The notes under the pieces: model-generated | What the model was told of the DNA's origin: nothing | What the model saw: only the letters and a program-made list of their open reading frames with translations | The model's database searches: none | Shown here: positions 1 through 12,466 of the stretch, piece after piece | Layout: each line of letters opens with the position of its first letter | Position numbering within the stretch: position 1 is the stretch's first letter | Position numbers and translations under genes: made by a program | Assembly: GCA_976226885.1 (NCBI GenBank) | Contig: OZ320322.1 | Coordinates: 65,038,001-65,102,000 of the forward strand | Reading direction: 5' to 3' | Source of the DNA: Iphione sp. A-MEVVRFRX5 | Taxonomy: Eukaryota | Length of the DNA stretch: 64,000 bases

Positions 1-69
1 TTTGGCTTGCGTATCACTCTTTTTACCTGAAGTTATCCACTGCGTGTCTCCTTCCGCCACTATTTTCGA

Positions 70-819
70 CTAATCAATATTTTCTGAATTTTCCAGCGGT
101 GGGGCATCATCAATCGTCTTCGGGATCGTTTGTTCTGGATCATCCTCAATATCCATCCCGGTGTGTTCCTTAGAAGTTAGGGGAGTACTCCTTAATTGGT
201 GCCCTTCACGCCGCTGTCGTTTTGCCCTTAGAGCCTCTCTTTCCTCCCTTGTTTGATCTCTGTTTATCCATATGGGGGAGCCCTTCAATTTTGCCTTGGC
301 AATCATTATAGACTCGATAATTGAAACTTTCGTCAGTCGAAGGAAAATACTTCGCTTCGATCCCTCTGTTCTTCTCCCCACACGGTAGCAACAGTCAACA
401 TCATCAGGGACAATGTTTACTCCAATATTTTTGCATAGGTTCAGCACAGTAGTTTTGGTGTTTTCAGCCGGCACTTCCTCGACCCCAACTATGTAGATGT
501 TATATTTCCTCATAATGCGGGCTTGCGCTTCTCGCTGGTGTCTTTCCGAATCCAGTCTTCGATGAAGATCATTCATGTCTTCTTCTAGGGTGTCTAGCTT
601 AGCCCCCAAGGTAGATGTCTTTTCGATATGTGAGACAAGGTTCTTGTCCAGAGTTGATATGTTTTCTGCATTTATATCGATGCCTTGCTGTATTTCGGAT
701 ACTGTCTCCTTGATACTTGTGACTTCGAGCCTTATCGCCTTAAGGTTATTCTCCATCATCGACGTTAGCTTGTCAATTTTCTTCTCCATCCATTCTGTAT
801 CCATTGTTACTCTCTTCAC
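70..819 (-). mobile_element. LINE (L1/Tx1/CR1-type) ORF1 protein; element runs off the left edge
   Basis: Coiled-coil N-terminus followed by RRM/CTD-type motifs typical of LINE ORF1p (NIYIVGVEE, CYRVGRR..RSIFLRL, IWINRDQTREER). First ATG is at 804 (track start 819 is GTG). ORF2 would lie outside the window. Confidence 0.8.
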
Positions 820-1995
820 CGGTTGTTGGATGGGTGAAGGGGTATGTCCAAGTTGATCCGGAGTCGGTTCTCTAAGCCTCTTTCTGTCATCGCCTTGTTG
901 TGGTGTATAATATTGTTGGTCCGGTCGTCTAGGCTTCGTCCCTCCACCGAGAACTGGTGATCGTTCTAGCAGGCTAGATCCCTCAGAGTGGGGGGAACGG
1001 TGGGTTGCATCCTTTCCAAGAGTTGACCCTTCAGAGTGGGGGGAACGGTGGGTTGGGTCTTTGTTAGGTCAGTCCCGACTCGGATGAACGAGCAGGGAAT
1101 AGCCTGAGGACGCCATATTCGCCGATATCGCCGGTATCCGATTTCCTTGTGGAAAAAATAAAGCCGAATATCTCCGGTAATTCCAATTTTCACTTGTTGT
1201 ATAGCTGCTCTCGTCAATCTCAGCACATTCACATTTAGTGTTATCCTGTAGTGTTCGTATAGAGGTTCGTGTACTCGTAAGCTAACCCGCTCACAAGCTC
1301 ACAGATCGGAGAGTCGACATTCTACTCCGCCATGTTTTTGTCAAATATCATGGGAAAAACACAACAATGGCTCAAAGAGAGAAGTCCCCTTGTTTTCACC
1401 TCCACCCGAGGCAACCTGACCTATATGTGACTGAAGCTACAAGGCTTATCAGGCACTGTGACGTCGTGCCGACTTCGAGAATACGGTCAACCGTGAGTAA
1501 AACGTCAGTCCTTGTGAAGACATTATGTAAGACACTGCCCTTGTAAGTCATATTTTCTTATTACAGTGAATTTAATTGAGTTGAGGGGGAAATCAGATAA
1601 GGGATTTTAATGTCATTTGTCTCCTTACTGTACGGAAAATGTGGTGGTCCGGTTGTTGTTGTTGGGGGGGGGGGCTCTAACTGCATAGGCTAGATATGCT
1701 GATGGGAATATCACAAGGGCACAAGTACTGCCATCTTTCCAAAACATCCCGAATTAGCGCACGTTGGGAAAGAACGGAGCAGCTAGCTGTAGTTCAACCA
1801 TGTGAGAAGTTGTCTGAACTCAGGACAGTGGTGTATGGGGGTTTATTGTGATATCACATTAAGATAGCGAGGAAAGTTACCCACACTAGGTGGGAATTAC
1901 TCACATAGCTCTATGTCGAGATGTTAGTCTTCAAACAGTCAAAAGTGACTTATTTTCCTATTACTGTCTTTCATAGTGCATGATAATTCCACCAG

Positions 1996-2133
1996 AAGGC
2001 ACATGGGCACTTGTAAAACGGTCTCAAATCTGGCTGTGAACAGTTTCCGAATGAAGCATGTCCTGATGAGAGACGCCAGACTGCACTTTATTATGAGCCA
2101 ATGTCCACCATTGCCTTGGCTAGCTCACCAGTT
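1996..2133 (+). CDS. Candidate internal coding exon of an unidentified gene
   Basis: ccaccAG acceptor, TT|GTGAGT donor, 138 nt, only one open frame (RHMGTCKTVSNLAVNSFRMKHVLMRDARLHFIMSQCPPLPWLAHQ). Phase 2 end matches the acceptor at 3365/3366. Confidence 0.45.
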
Positions 2134-2159
2134 GTGAGTCTCCATTCTTAATGTCATTG

Positions 2160-3460
2160 TTGCTTGCAGCCAACTGGGTAATGAGCTGACAGTCACCAGC
2201 ACAGTATCCACCATTCCCACCAGTCGCCCACAGACCACTGATAGCAAGAGTCTCATGCATGTACTTGTGGTTTGCAGCCAGCAGTCATGGTCGGGTAATG
2301 AGCTGACAGTCACTAGCAGAGTACTCACCATTCCTACCAGTCACCCACAGACTGCGGATAGTAAAGAGTCTCATGCATGTACTTGTTGTTTGCAGCCAGC
2401 AGTCATGGTCGGGTAATGAGCTGACAGTCACTAGCAGAGTACTCACCATTCCTACCAGTCACCCACAGACTGCGGATAGTAAAGTCTCTCATGCATGTAC
2501 TTGTTGTTTGCAGCCAACAGTCATGGTCAGGTAATGAGCTGACAGTCACTGGCAGAGTACTCACCATTCCTATCAGTCACCCACAGACTGCGGATAGTAA
2601 AGAGTCTCATGCATGTACTTGTTGTTTGCAGCCAACAGTCGTGGTCAGGTAATGAGGTGACAGTCACTAGCAGAGTACACACCATTCCTATCAGTCATCC
2701 ACAGACTGCGGATAGTAAAGAGTCTCATGCATGTACTTGTTGTTTGCAGCCAACAGCCGTGGTCAGGTAATGAGGTGACAGTCACTAGCAGAGTACTCAC
2801 CATTCCTATCAGTCACCCACAGACTGCGGATAGTAAAAAGTCTTATGCATCTACTTGTTGTTTGCAGCCAACAGTCATGGTCAGGTAATGAGCTGACAGT
2901 CACTGGCAGAGTACTCACCATTCCTATCAGTCATCCACAGACTGCGGATAGTAAAGTCTCTCATGCATGTACTTGTTGTTTGCAGCCAACAGTCGTGGTC
3001 AGGTAATGAGGTGACAGTCACTAGCAGAGTACACACCATTCCTATCAGTCATCCACAGACTGCGGATAGTAAAGAGTCTCATGCATGTACTTGTTGTTTG
3101 CAGCCAACAGTCGTGGTCGGGTAATGAGGTGACAGTCACTAGCAGAGTACTCACCATTCCTATCAGTCACCCACAGACTGCGGATAGTAAAGAGTTTCAT
3201 GCATGTACTTGTTGTTTGCAGCCAACAGTCGTGGTCAGGTAATGAGCTGACAGTCACTAGCAGAGTACTCACCATTCCTATCAGTCACCCACAGACTGTG
3301 GATAGTAAAGAGTCTCATGTACTGCGGATAGTAAAGAGTCTCATGCATGTACTTGTTATTTGCAGCCAGCAGTCGTGGTCGGGTAATGAGCTGACAGTCA
3401 CCAGCACAGTACCCACCATTCCCACCAGTCGCCCACAGACCGCTGATAGCAAGAGTCTCA
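2160..3460. repeat. ~120-bp tandem repeat, ~11 copies, spanning a splice acceptor
   Basis: Unit catgcatgtacttgttgtttgcagccaacagtc...gatagtaaagagtct. The last copy runs into the coding exon. Confidence 0.95.
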
Positions 3461-4098
3461 TCTCCATGACGTCAAGTGTCTCCTTCGCCAGCCGTCATGA
3501 TACTCAGTCCATGGTGCCACTACCTGGCTCTCTGACGTCACACACCAGCTATTTGTGTGGTGACGACCTGCCTGCCCAGCCCCAGCACCTGCCACCTGCG
3601 CCCACCAATGAGCAGCTGGCCACTGATCACGTGGCCGAGGACGGGCAGCCCCCGTTGGTGGGGAGGGGGACCCGGAGGAGGGTGTCGGGAGGCTCCTCCG
3701 CCTACTCCTCCCCCATCATTCGTCAGGGTCACGTGACCGAAGACCAGGACCCGGAGGAGGGTGAGGGACCCTCCCGTCACAAGGGGGCAGCACCAGTCGT
3801 CAGCCTGGACACGCCGCACCTGGAGGACAGGCTGGGCTATGGCGATGGCAGCGGAAGTGGTAGCGCAGACGAGGAGATCATTATCGTCGTCGACCGCGAT
3901 GCTCCGAAGCCCGACCTGGTGACGAGCTGCGACTCAACCTTCGAGTCAGAGAGAGACAGCGACCCCGACAAGGCGCCATCCAAACAGACGTCAGCTGACG
4001 ACGTGGAGGCCCTGCCCGAGGATGAGGGCTCCTCAGCTGGGGGGGCAGCCCCCCCAGCAGGGGGGGGTCCACAGGAGGCAGCGGTTGGTACCAACTGA
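3366..4098 (+). CDS. Terminal coding exon of an unidentified protein (acidic/Ser/Pro/Gly-rich); frame continues past TGA to 4311 with a hydrophobic segment
   Basis: tttgcAG acceptor at 3364-3365, GC-rich coding-like codon usage, open frame to TGA 4096-4098, same frame open again to TGA 4309-4311. Confidence 0.6.
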
Positions 4099-4889
4099 CA
4101 CAAGTCACCGCGCAAGGAGCGTGCGGGGGGGCGGACATGGGGGGGAGGACCCAGCCTGAGGCACGTGCAGGTGCTGCTGGTGCTCAGCGTGCGGGGACTG
4201 GCCTGCCTCCTGGTGGTGGCGTCCGTACTCCTCACCATGCTGGTCGGGGGAGGGCCCGAGGACGGCGACCTTATTGGGAAGATGGCGGCTCTCTCCCTCA
4301 TGTTCATCTGAGGCTGGGCTGGTGTCGTCACTCTCTCACTAATGGCTTCTTCCTGCTCTAGATGCTGTTTGTTTACGTGTTGTCAAGGGAACAGGGAAGG
4401 TCGAGGTGATAATCGAGAGAGTCTTTGATATTCGCCCATTCCTAGTTTTAATATGCAGTGTGTCCACTAGAGGGCTGTTGTGCATGGTTTGCTGCCGACC
4501 GTGGTGCCCCGTTCCGCTCTGCCGCTGCTGCTGTTGCTGTTGCTGCCTGTTTTTGTCGGATTGATGTCTGAGTGGTCTCGTCGTGGTATTGGCTCAAGCT
4601 GCTCTCGTTGCATCCCTCTGTAGACACACACCTACATAAAATCAGGTTCATATTTGACGAGCTAGGCTCACCCATCATCACCTAATCACCCATCAAACGT
4701 CAACATAGCTAGCTTTATAAAGAGGAAGGTTGAAGGGGAGACACAGCCCGGCTGACAGCCAACAGATGAGATGCACAGTCTGAACACATACATCGCTATC
4801 TTCCATCACATGGGACGGCCTGGGGTAGGACACGTCTATATGCTACATGATTAAGTTTGGGGAGAGGGTCCTGTTTGATCATTGACTTC

Positions 4890-5480
4890 AAGCAGGTGAA
4901 GTCTTCCAGTATCTGACTGAGTGTACACAGAAAGCGATGACCTCACACAGGGGAAGTCCTCCAGTAGTCCACTGAGTGTACACAGAAAGCGATGACCTCA
5001 CACAGGGGAAGTCCTCCAGTATCTGACTGAGTGTACACAGAAAGCGATGACCTCACACAGGGGAAGTCCTCCAGTAGTCCACTGAATGTACACAGAAAGT
5101 GACGACCTCACACAGGGGAAGTCCTCCAGTATCTGACTGAGTGTACACAGAAAGCGATGACCTCACACAGGGGAAGTCCTCCAGTAGTCCACTGAGTGCA
5201 CACAGAAAGCGATGACCTCACACAGGTGAAGTCCTCCAGTATCTGACTGAGTGTACACAGAAAGTGATGACCTCACACAGGGGAAGTCCTCCAGTAGTCC
5301 ACTGAATGTACACAGAAAGTGACAACCTGATGAAGTCATTCAGTATCCTACTGAATGTACACATAAAGTGATGACCTCATGAAGTCATTCAGTATCCTAC
5401 TGAGTGTACACATAAAGTGATGACCTCATGAAGTCATTCAGTATCCTACTGAGTGTACACAGAAAGTGATGACCTCATGC
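4890..5480. repeat. 55-bp minisatellite, ~10 copies
   Basis: Unit gtgtacacagaaagcgatgacctcacacaggggaagtcctccagta(tctga/gtcca)ctga; the two variants alternate. Confidence 0.95.
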
Positions 5481-5689
5481 AGTTGAGATCCCCCAGTACC
5501 TCCCATAGGTAGATTGGCATCTTTCGCTGTAGGTCTACATGAGAAGTGAGCCACAGTGGGCTTGGTACACAGCGTGACTGCAGGTCTGGCGGACGGCACA
5601 CATGTGAGCTCACATACACATACACACATGCACACGTGCCATGCTTGTACGTCAGTGAACATGTGAGTCATCCAGCTTGTGTCAGCTGT

Positions 5690-6090
5690 TTGATGGTGGC
5701 CTGTATTACTACTTGGTGTGCAGTCATCTCCGGTGCCATGCCTGTGCAGGAAAGTCAAGACACTAAGGAGTTGGCCATCATTAACAGTGGTTTGTCACGT
5801 GATGTACTTGGTGTGCAGTCATCTCCGGTGGCCTTATGGTGGCCTGTATTACTACTTGGTGTGCAGTCATCTCCGTGCCATGCCTGTCCAGGAAAGTCAA
5901 GACACTAAGGAGTTGGCCATCATTAACAGTGGTTTGTCACGTGATGTACTTGGTGTGCAGTCATCTCCGGTGGCCTGATGGTGGCCTGTATTACTACTTG
6001 GTGTGCAGTCATCTCCGTGCCATGCCTGTCCAGGAAAGTCACAACACTGAGGAGTTGGCCGTTGTTCACAGTGGTTCATCACGTGATGTT
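5690..6090. repeat. Composite tandem repeat
   Basis: Recurrent tacttggtgtgcagtcatctccg and caggaaagtcaagacactaaggagttggcc blocks. Confidence 0.85.
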
Positions 6091-6489
6091 CTCTTTACAG
6101 TCAGCCATACTTAAGCACCCTTGATGTGTGTAGTGTCCCCCCCACCCCCCAAGGCATCTATCTCATTCTTAATTTATCGTGAAATACACGCCTTGGACAT
6201 CTGTAGTATTATATAAACATGTGGCCATGATAAGTGTGTTATGTGTGATGTTGTATGTGCTCCTAATGCAGCCATTAAAAGTACAGTACGTACACCAAGT
6301 GAGCTTCTTTGATGTGTGCAGTGTGATATGTTGAGGAATGATCAGTTGCTCCTGGCCCGGTGATAAGGTCAGTCAAAGATTCAATGTAATGTAAAATGTC
6401 AATTTAAACTTACTTGATGTGATAAATAGACAGCAGAACTGCTAAGCAGCTACCTAGTGTTATCAGTAGAGTAGAGTGCAGTCACTGAG

Positions 6490-7460
6490 ACTGGTGTTTG
6501 ACGGGAAGAGGAGATGGCCAGACAGGCACTGGAGGTTGAGGTGATGAGATGGCAGGTCAGTGACTGGTGGTTGAGGTGATGAGATGGCAGGGCGGTGACT
6601 GGAGATTGAGGTGACAAGATGGCAAGGCGGTGACTAGAGGTTGAGTTGACGAGATGGCAGGGCAATGACTGGTGGTTGAGGTGACGAGATGGCAGGGTGG
6701 TGACTGGAGGTTGAGGTGACGAGATGAAGGGGAGGTGACTGGAGGTTGATATGATGAGATGGTGGGACGGTGATTAGTGGTTGAGGTGATGAGAAGGCAG
6801 GGCGGGATGTGACTAGAGATTGAGGTGAAGAGATGGCGGGGCAGTGACTGGAGGTTGAGGTGAAGAGATGGCGGAGCAGTGACTGGAGGTGGAGGTGATG
6901 AGATGGTGGGATGGTGACTGGAGGTTCAGGTGATAAGATGGCACAGCAGTGACTGGAGATTGAGGTGACAAGATTGCAGGGGGGTGACTGGAAGTTGAGG
7001 TGACAAGATGGCAGGGCGGTGACTGGAGGTTGAGGTGAAGAGATGGCGGGGCAGTGACTGGTGGTTGAGGTGACGAGATGGCAGGGCGGTGACTGGAGGT
7101 TGAGGTGATGAGATGGCGCGGCAGTGACTGGAGGTTGAGGTGATGAGATGAAGGGGAGGTGACTGGAGGTTGACATGATGAGATGGTGGGACGGTGATTA
7201 GTGGTTGAGGTGATGAGATGGCAGGGCGGGAGGTGACTAGAGGTTGAGGTGATGAGATGGTGGGACGGTGACTAGTGGTTGAGGTGATGAGATGGCAGGG
7301 CGGGCGGTGACTGGAGGCTGAGGTGACGAGATAGCAGGGTGGTGACTGGAGGTTGAGATGATGAGATGGCAGGGCAGTGACTGGAGGTTGAGGTGACGAG
7401 ATGGCAGGGCGGTGACTGGCGGTTGATGTGATGAGATGGCATGGCGGTGACTGGAGGTTG
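6490..7460. repeat. ~30-bp GA-rich minisatellite
   Basis: Unit approx. gcagtgactggaggttgaggtgatgagatg; explains the SSPQPPVT pseudo-ORFs. Confidence 0.95.
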
Positions 7461-8269
7461 AATAGATGAGGAGAGAGTGGATTTTGCTTTTTTCATGTAT
7501 TTCTTGTGCTACATTGATCTGTTTTGCCAATGTGCTTCAGAACAACAGTGTCATTAGTACTGTTTTAGTGGCACTGTATTTACCTTTATCTGCTGTACAT
7601 GTATTGCTGTTTCTAGACTTAATTGCAGGTAAATATTGTACAAACTCTATAGGAAATCTCACGAGCACCAGTAGCCAGGTCTGCCTTGCTGGGGATGTCC
7701 TGATGATAACTGTTGTGGTTAAAGCATGGGATGTATCTATTGTCTGTGATGCAGGCGCACAGGGTACTCTGGTCATGAGGACTGTGCTAATGTAGCCTGT
7801 ATGTATCATATTATGCAGATTTGATTCGTACTCTAGACATAAATAACACAGTCACTGCATTAAGCATAGTGCTGGCTGTATCTCGTTTCTGATTCCAGTT
7901 TTAGTTGAGCAGCAGGTGTGGTAGTGTTCATACTGTGCCCAGTGCACTATGATTTCAGGCCTGAATTTAACCAACTGCTCTGCAGCTTTACTCATTGGGT
8001 GTGAGCTGAAGACACCGTTTACAGTATTGGACTTTTTCAATCATTTTTCACATTCTATTTGACTTTGTTTATTCAACTGTAGCCAGATAGGAAAGGAAAC
8101 TCGCACTTAGAGACCAAATCACAGGGGAAACCAGACTGCCACAGAGACCACACTTTCATGCTACCAAACATACATTTCTGTATAAAAAAAAAAAGGTCAC
8201 CGAGGAGACCAGGCCACAGTTGCGACTGGATTTCTCCAGTTTCATAGGTGGTCTTCAGTTTGAGAATCG

Positions 8270-8840
8270 ACTACCATAGGTGGTGTCCTAAGGGAGAGAG
8301 TAATGCACTATATGTGGTATCCTAAATGAAAGTTTACTGTACCATAGGTGGTCTCCTACATGGGAGTTTACTGTATTATAGGTAGTCTCCTAAGTGAGAG
8401 TTAACTTACCATAGGTGGTCTCCTAAGCGAGAGTTAACTTACCATAGGTGGTCTCCTAAGTGAATTTACTGTACCATAGGTGGTCTCCTAAGTGAGAGTT
8501 TACTGAAGGTAGTCTCCTACGTGGGAGTTAACTGTAACATATGTGGTCTCCTAAGTGATTTTACTGTACCATATGTGGTCTCCTAAGTGAGAGTTTACTG
8601 TAGGTAGTCTTCTAAGTGGAAGTTAACTGTAACATGTGGTCTCCTAAGGGAATTTACTGTGACGTGGTTTCCTACATGGGATTTAACTGTAACATATGTG
8701 GTCTCCTAAGGGAATTTACTGTAACATGTGGTCTCCTAAGTGAGAGTTAACGGTAACATATGTGGTCTCCTAAGTCAAAGTTAAATGCAATATATGTGGT
8801 CTCCTAAGTGAGAGTTTACCCTAGATGGTCTCCTATGTGA
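8270..8840. repeat. ~31-bp minisatellite
   Basis: Unit approx. atgtggtctcctaagtgagagtttactgtaac. Confidence 0.9.
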
Positions 8841-9529
8841 GAGTTGATTGTGCTGTATGTGTCTCTTAAATGAAAGTTGACTGTGGAATATTCTCAAAAT
8901 AGTTTATATATCCATGGTAGTACATAATATTTATTTATGGAACAAAAAAAAGTGCCCTCACTTTTTACTTATGCTGGTACACCTGAAATGCCACGAGCAG
9001 TGGCCTCCACGGCTGGGGTCAGGGTGACCTGACCTGTGATGTTTCAATGGACGATGGTTATACATCGTATTTAGTTGATGAGATTGACTCGTGTTATGCC
9101 CCCAGGGAAGGGAAAGAGTGTGTGATAAGGGAGGTACATGGTACCTGCTGTGTATTTAAGGATCTTGAGGAGCACTTATCTGAGCAGACTTTTATTATTC
9201 AAATATGGAGACTATTGGGGAATGATTTCGATCGGCCACTCTGAGAGAGCTACTTTGGTGTTAGGCTTTTGCTTACTCAGGCCTGGCCCTAGCCAGGCCT
9301 GTTTTTTTCCTGGTCATTTCCAGGGCTGGTCTTGCTCTGGTCCTGGCCAGGGCTGCTTTTTGGTTTGGCCTTTCCAGGCCAGGTCTCAGCCTAGTCTTGT
9401 CTGTACCTGTAATGATTAAGTCTTGCCACAGCCTGGCCTGGTCTTAAACTTGCTCAGACCTAATCAAACCTATCAAACCTATTTTAGTCTCAGTTCTAGC
9501 TGGCTTGGTCCTGGCCTGGCCTGATCATA

Positions 9530-9930
9530 GCCAGGCCTGGTCTTAGCCTGGGCTGGTCCTGGCCTGGTGTGGTCCTAGACTCACACAGTTTTAGCTGGCC
9601 TGGTCCTTGCCCGGCCTGGTCCTTGCCTGGCCTGGTCCTTGCCTGGCCAGGTCCTTGCCTGGCCTGGTCCTTGCCCGGCCTGGTCCTTGCCCGGCCTGGT
9701 CCTTGCCTGGCCTGGTCCTTGCCCGGCCTGGTCCTTGCCCGGCCTGGTCCTTGCCTGGCCTGGTCCTTGCCCGGCCTGGTCCTTGCCTGGCCTGGTCCTT
9801 GCCCGGCCTGGTCCTTGCCCGGTCTGGTCCTTGCCCGGCCTGGTCCTAGCCTGGGCTGGTCCTTGCCCGGCCTGGTCCTTGCCTGGCCTGGTCCTTGCCT
9901 GGCCTGGTCCTTGCCTGGTCTGGTCCTAAA
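9530..9930. repeat. 15-bp minisatellite
   Basis: (ggcctggtccttgcc[c/t])n-type unit; gives the WPGPC/LVLA pseudo-ORFs. Confidence 0.95.
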
Positions 9931-10204
9931 GTTGGTCAGGTTTAACCAAAGCTATTATAGTCTCAATTCTACCTGGCTTGGTCCTAGTGTGACCTGGTCC
10001 TAGCCAGGCCTGGTGCGTGCCTCATACAGTCCTAGCTGGGTCAGTCTTAAAGAGGTGCCATCCCAAGCAGACCTGATTGTAGTTTTGCAAAATGCTAGTC
10101 AGACCTAGTCCGATCCGGCTCTACCACAGCCTGGTCCTAGCCAGACCTGTCCTCACCGACCTTTTCTCAGTCTCACCGCACCAAAGTCTGGCTAGGCCCC
10201 TGTA

Positions 10205-10720
10205 GTTGGACTTGGTTATTCAGGCCCAACATTAGTCTTGCCTGATGCTAGCAGGCGTTTCCTTGTCTCGTGAGTGGTATCTAGCCTGATCTCCTGGTTC
10301 AACCCACGTCATGGATACACTGGTGTATTGCTACCATGCGGTAAGTCAAACCCAACGTTAGTCTTGCCTGATGCTAGCAGGCCTTTCCTCGTCTCAATGA
10401 GTGGTATCTGGCCTGATCTCCTGGTTCGACCCATGTCATGGATACACTGGTGTATTGCTACCATGCGGTAAGTCAGACCTAACATTAGTCTTGCCTGATG
10501 CTAGCAGGCCTTCCCTCGTCTCAGTGAGTGGTATCTGGCCTGATCTCCTGGTTCGACCCATGTCATGGATACACTGGTGTATTGCTACCATGCGGTAATT
10601 CAGACCCAACGTTAGTCTTGCCTGATGCTAGCAAGCATTTCCTTGTCTTGGTGAGTGGTATCTGGCCTGATCTCCTGGTTCGGCCCATGTCGTTGATACA
10701 CTGGTGTATTGCTATCATGT
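10205..10720. repeat. 127-bp tandem repeat, 4 copies
   Basis: Period 127 (equivalent positions 10274, 10401, 10528). Confidence 0.95.
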
Positions 10721-11939
10721 ACTTACATAAATTTACTATTCAATATTATATACATATTCTATTGATACTGTTTGTCTGATATTGCTGTGATTAATGTAAC
10801 AGGGCTTTGTCACTGTGGCTGTATATGTTGTTTCCTGATAGAGCACCACCACTGCCCACTAAACTTTATCTGAAAAGTATTTTATTTCAGTAATGGCCAA
10901 AATGTTGTACCGACTATTCATGGGTCCTAATCCTTTGCCAACGTTTCTCCTTCTCTACATTCTTAAATATATTGATGGAAATAAAGTATTTGTGTTAATT
11001 TATTCCTGTATAGTTTTGTTATTTTGTTCCAGTAATCTTCTCTCTCACGCATGTTAATGGGAGCATGTGAAGGGAACCATACCATAAAGAGGAACTGTAC
11101 ATTATGAGCATGAATGGACTGTATCTTTATATATTAGGGAGGATAAAGAGGGCTGTAGTATAGTGAAGACTATTAGAGAGTCACTGTGAAACTGGTATAT
11201 GGTAAATAAAAATAGCAATCACATGCTATTTTGGGGTTTGGGCAGGTGATGACCTTCAGTTGTCGGGAAGGGAAGATATCCTCTTCTGTCTTTCCCTCCT
11301 GCTATCTCCTGTTTCCTAGTCTCTCCCCGTTTCACCATCGCCCCCTCTTCCTCTCACTCTGCTCTATGTGATGCTCTCTCTCCGTTTCCATCTCTCTAGT
11401 GTGGTGAAACTTGCAAACGAGAGGATGTGAAATTAACTTGTAGATTTGAGAATGTAAATGTACTTGTAAATGAGAGTTTGTGTATCTAACCATTAGTGAG
11501 TAGTGAATCTGTGTCAGTTTTCTACCATAAACTTAATGATTCCCTCGTGCAGGGGGCGGGGGGGGCATTTGCTTAACTAGACTGTAGGAAATCTGCTCCG
11601 GCATGTGTCTTATTTAATCGGTGCACCTGTGTTGTTCAGGCCCCTTTTGGTTGATATTATTGTCAAAATGTATATTTTCATACGCCATCTCCGTTTCAGA
11701 TTAAGTTGGATTTATTACCAATATAGGTAAACTGAAGGGTTCTCAGTGATGACGTCATCAGAGCATATTCACCCACGCTGTATAAACACCCGGTGCAAGT
11801 GCCAAAGGCGGCTTGTAGAGGTCAAGGAAATAGAGATGTGGGTTATAGGAATGAGGGATAGACTTGTAGAGCTAAAAGCCAAAAGCTGTAAAGGTGAGGA
11901 TTAAAGAGTTGAGCACTGGCGAGGTGACGGATAGAAAGC

Positions 11940-12180
11940 AGGACAGGTGAAGGTCAGAAAGTGGGAGAGGTGAAGGTTAGAAAGCAGCAGAAGAGAAGGT
12001 TAGAAAAGTGGAGAGGTGAAGGTTAAAAATCAGGAGAAGTGAAGGTTAGGAAGCAGGAGAAGTGAAGGTTAGAAAGTGTGAGAGGTGAAGGTTAAGAAGG
12101 GGGAGTAGTGAAGGTTAGAAAGCAGAATTGAAGGTTGGAAAGCAGTAGAGGTGAAGGTTAGAATGTGAGAGAGGTGAAGG
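11940..12180. repeat. gaggtgaaggttagaaag minisatellite, left part (DIRS target)
   Basis: The same unit resumes at 16996-17160, right of the DIRS element. Confidence 0.9.
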
Positions 12181-12466
12181 TTAGTACCAGTGTTCGTCGC
12201 TTCGGGGCGACGAAGGGAGATGTGCTCGACGCCACCTGGTGGAAGACAGTGAAAACCTCGTTGTTAGCCAGGTGGAAGTACGGCACATCATTGGAATTTT
12301 TTATCCTCGGACATCGATACGCTAAGGACTATTTTCCTCCGGATTTTTTCTTCATCGTTATTTTATAGAGGTTACTGCCCTCTTTCGTGCCGCTTTTGTT
12401 TCGGCTGGTTTGAGGAGCTGTTCATTACAGCCCATTCTTGTCGCCACCAACTGACCGCTGGCCAAC

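Noticed and set aside
3837-4331. 164-aa minus-strand ORF
   Set aside because: Shadow of the GC-rich + strand exon; no recognisable domain or splice support.
2160-10720. Regularly spaced repeats that could be mistaken for CRISPR arrays
   Set aside because: Units are contiguous with no unique spacers, there are no cas genes, and the context is eukaryotic.
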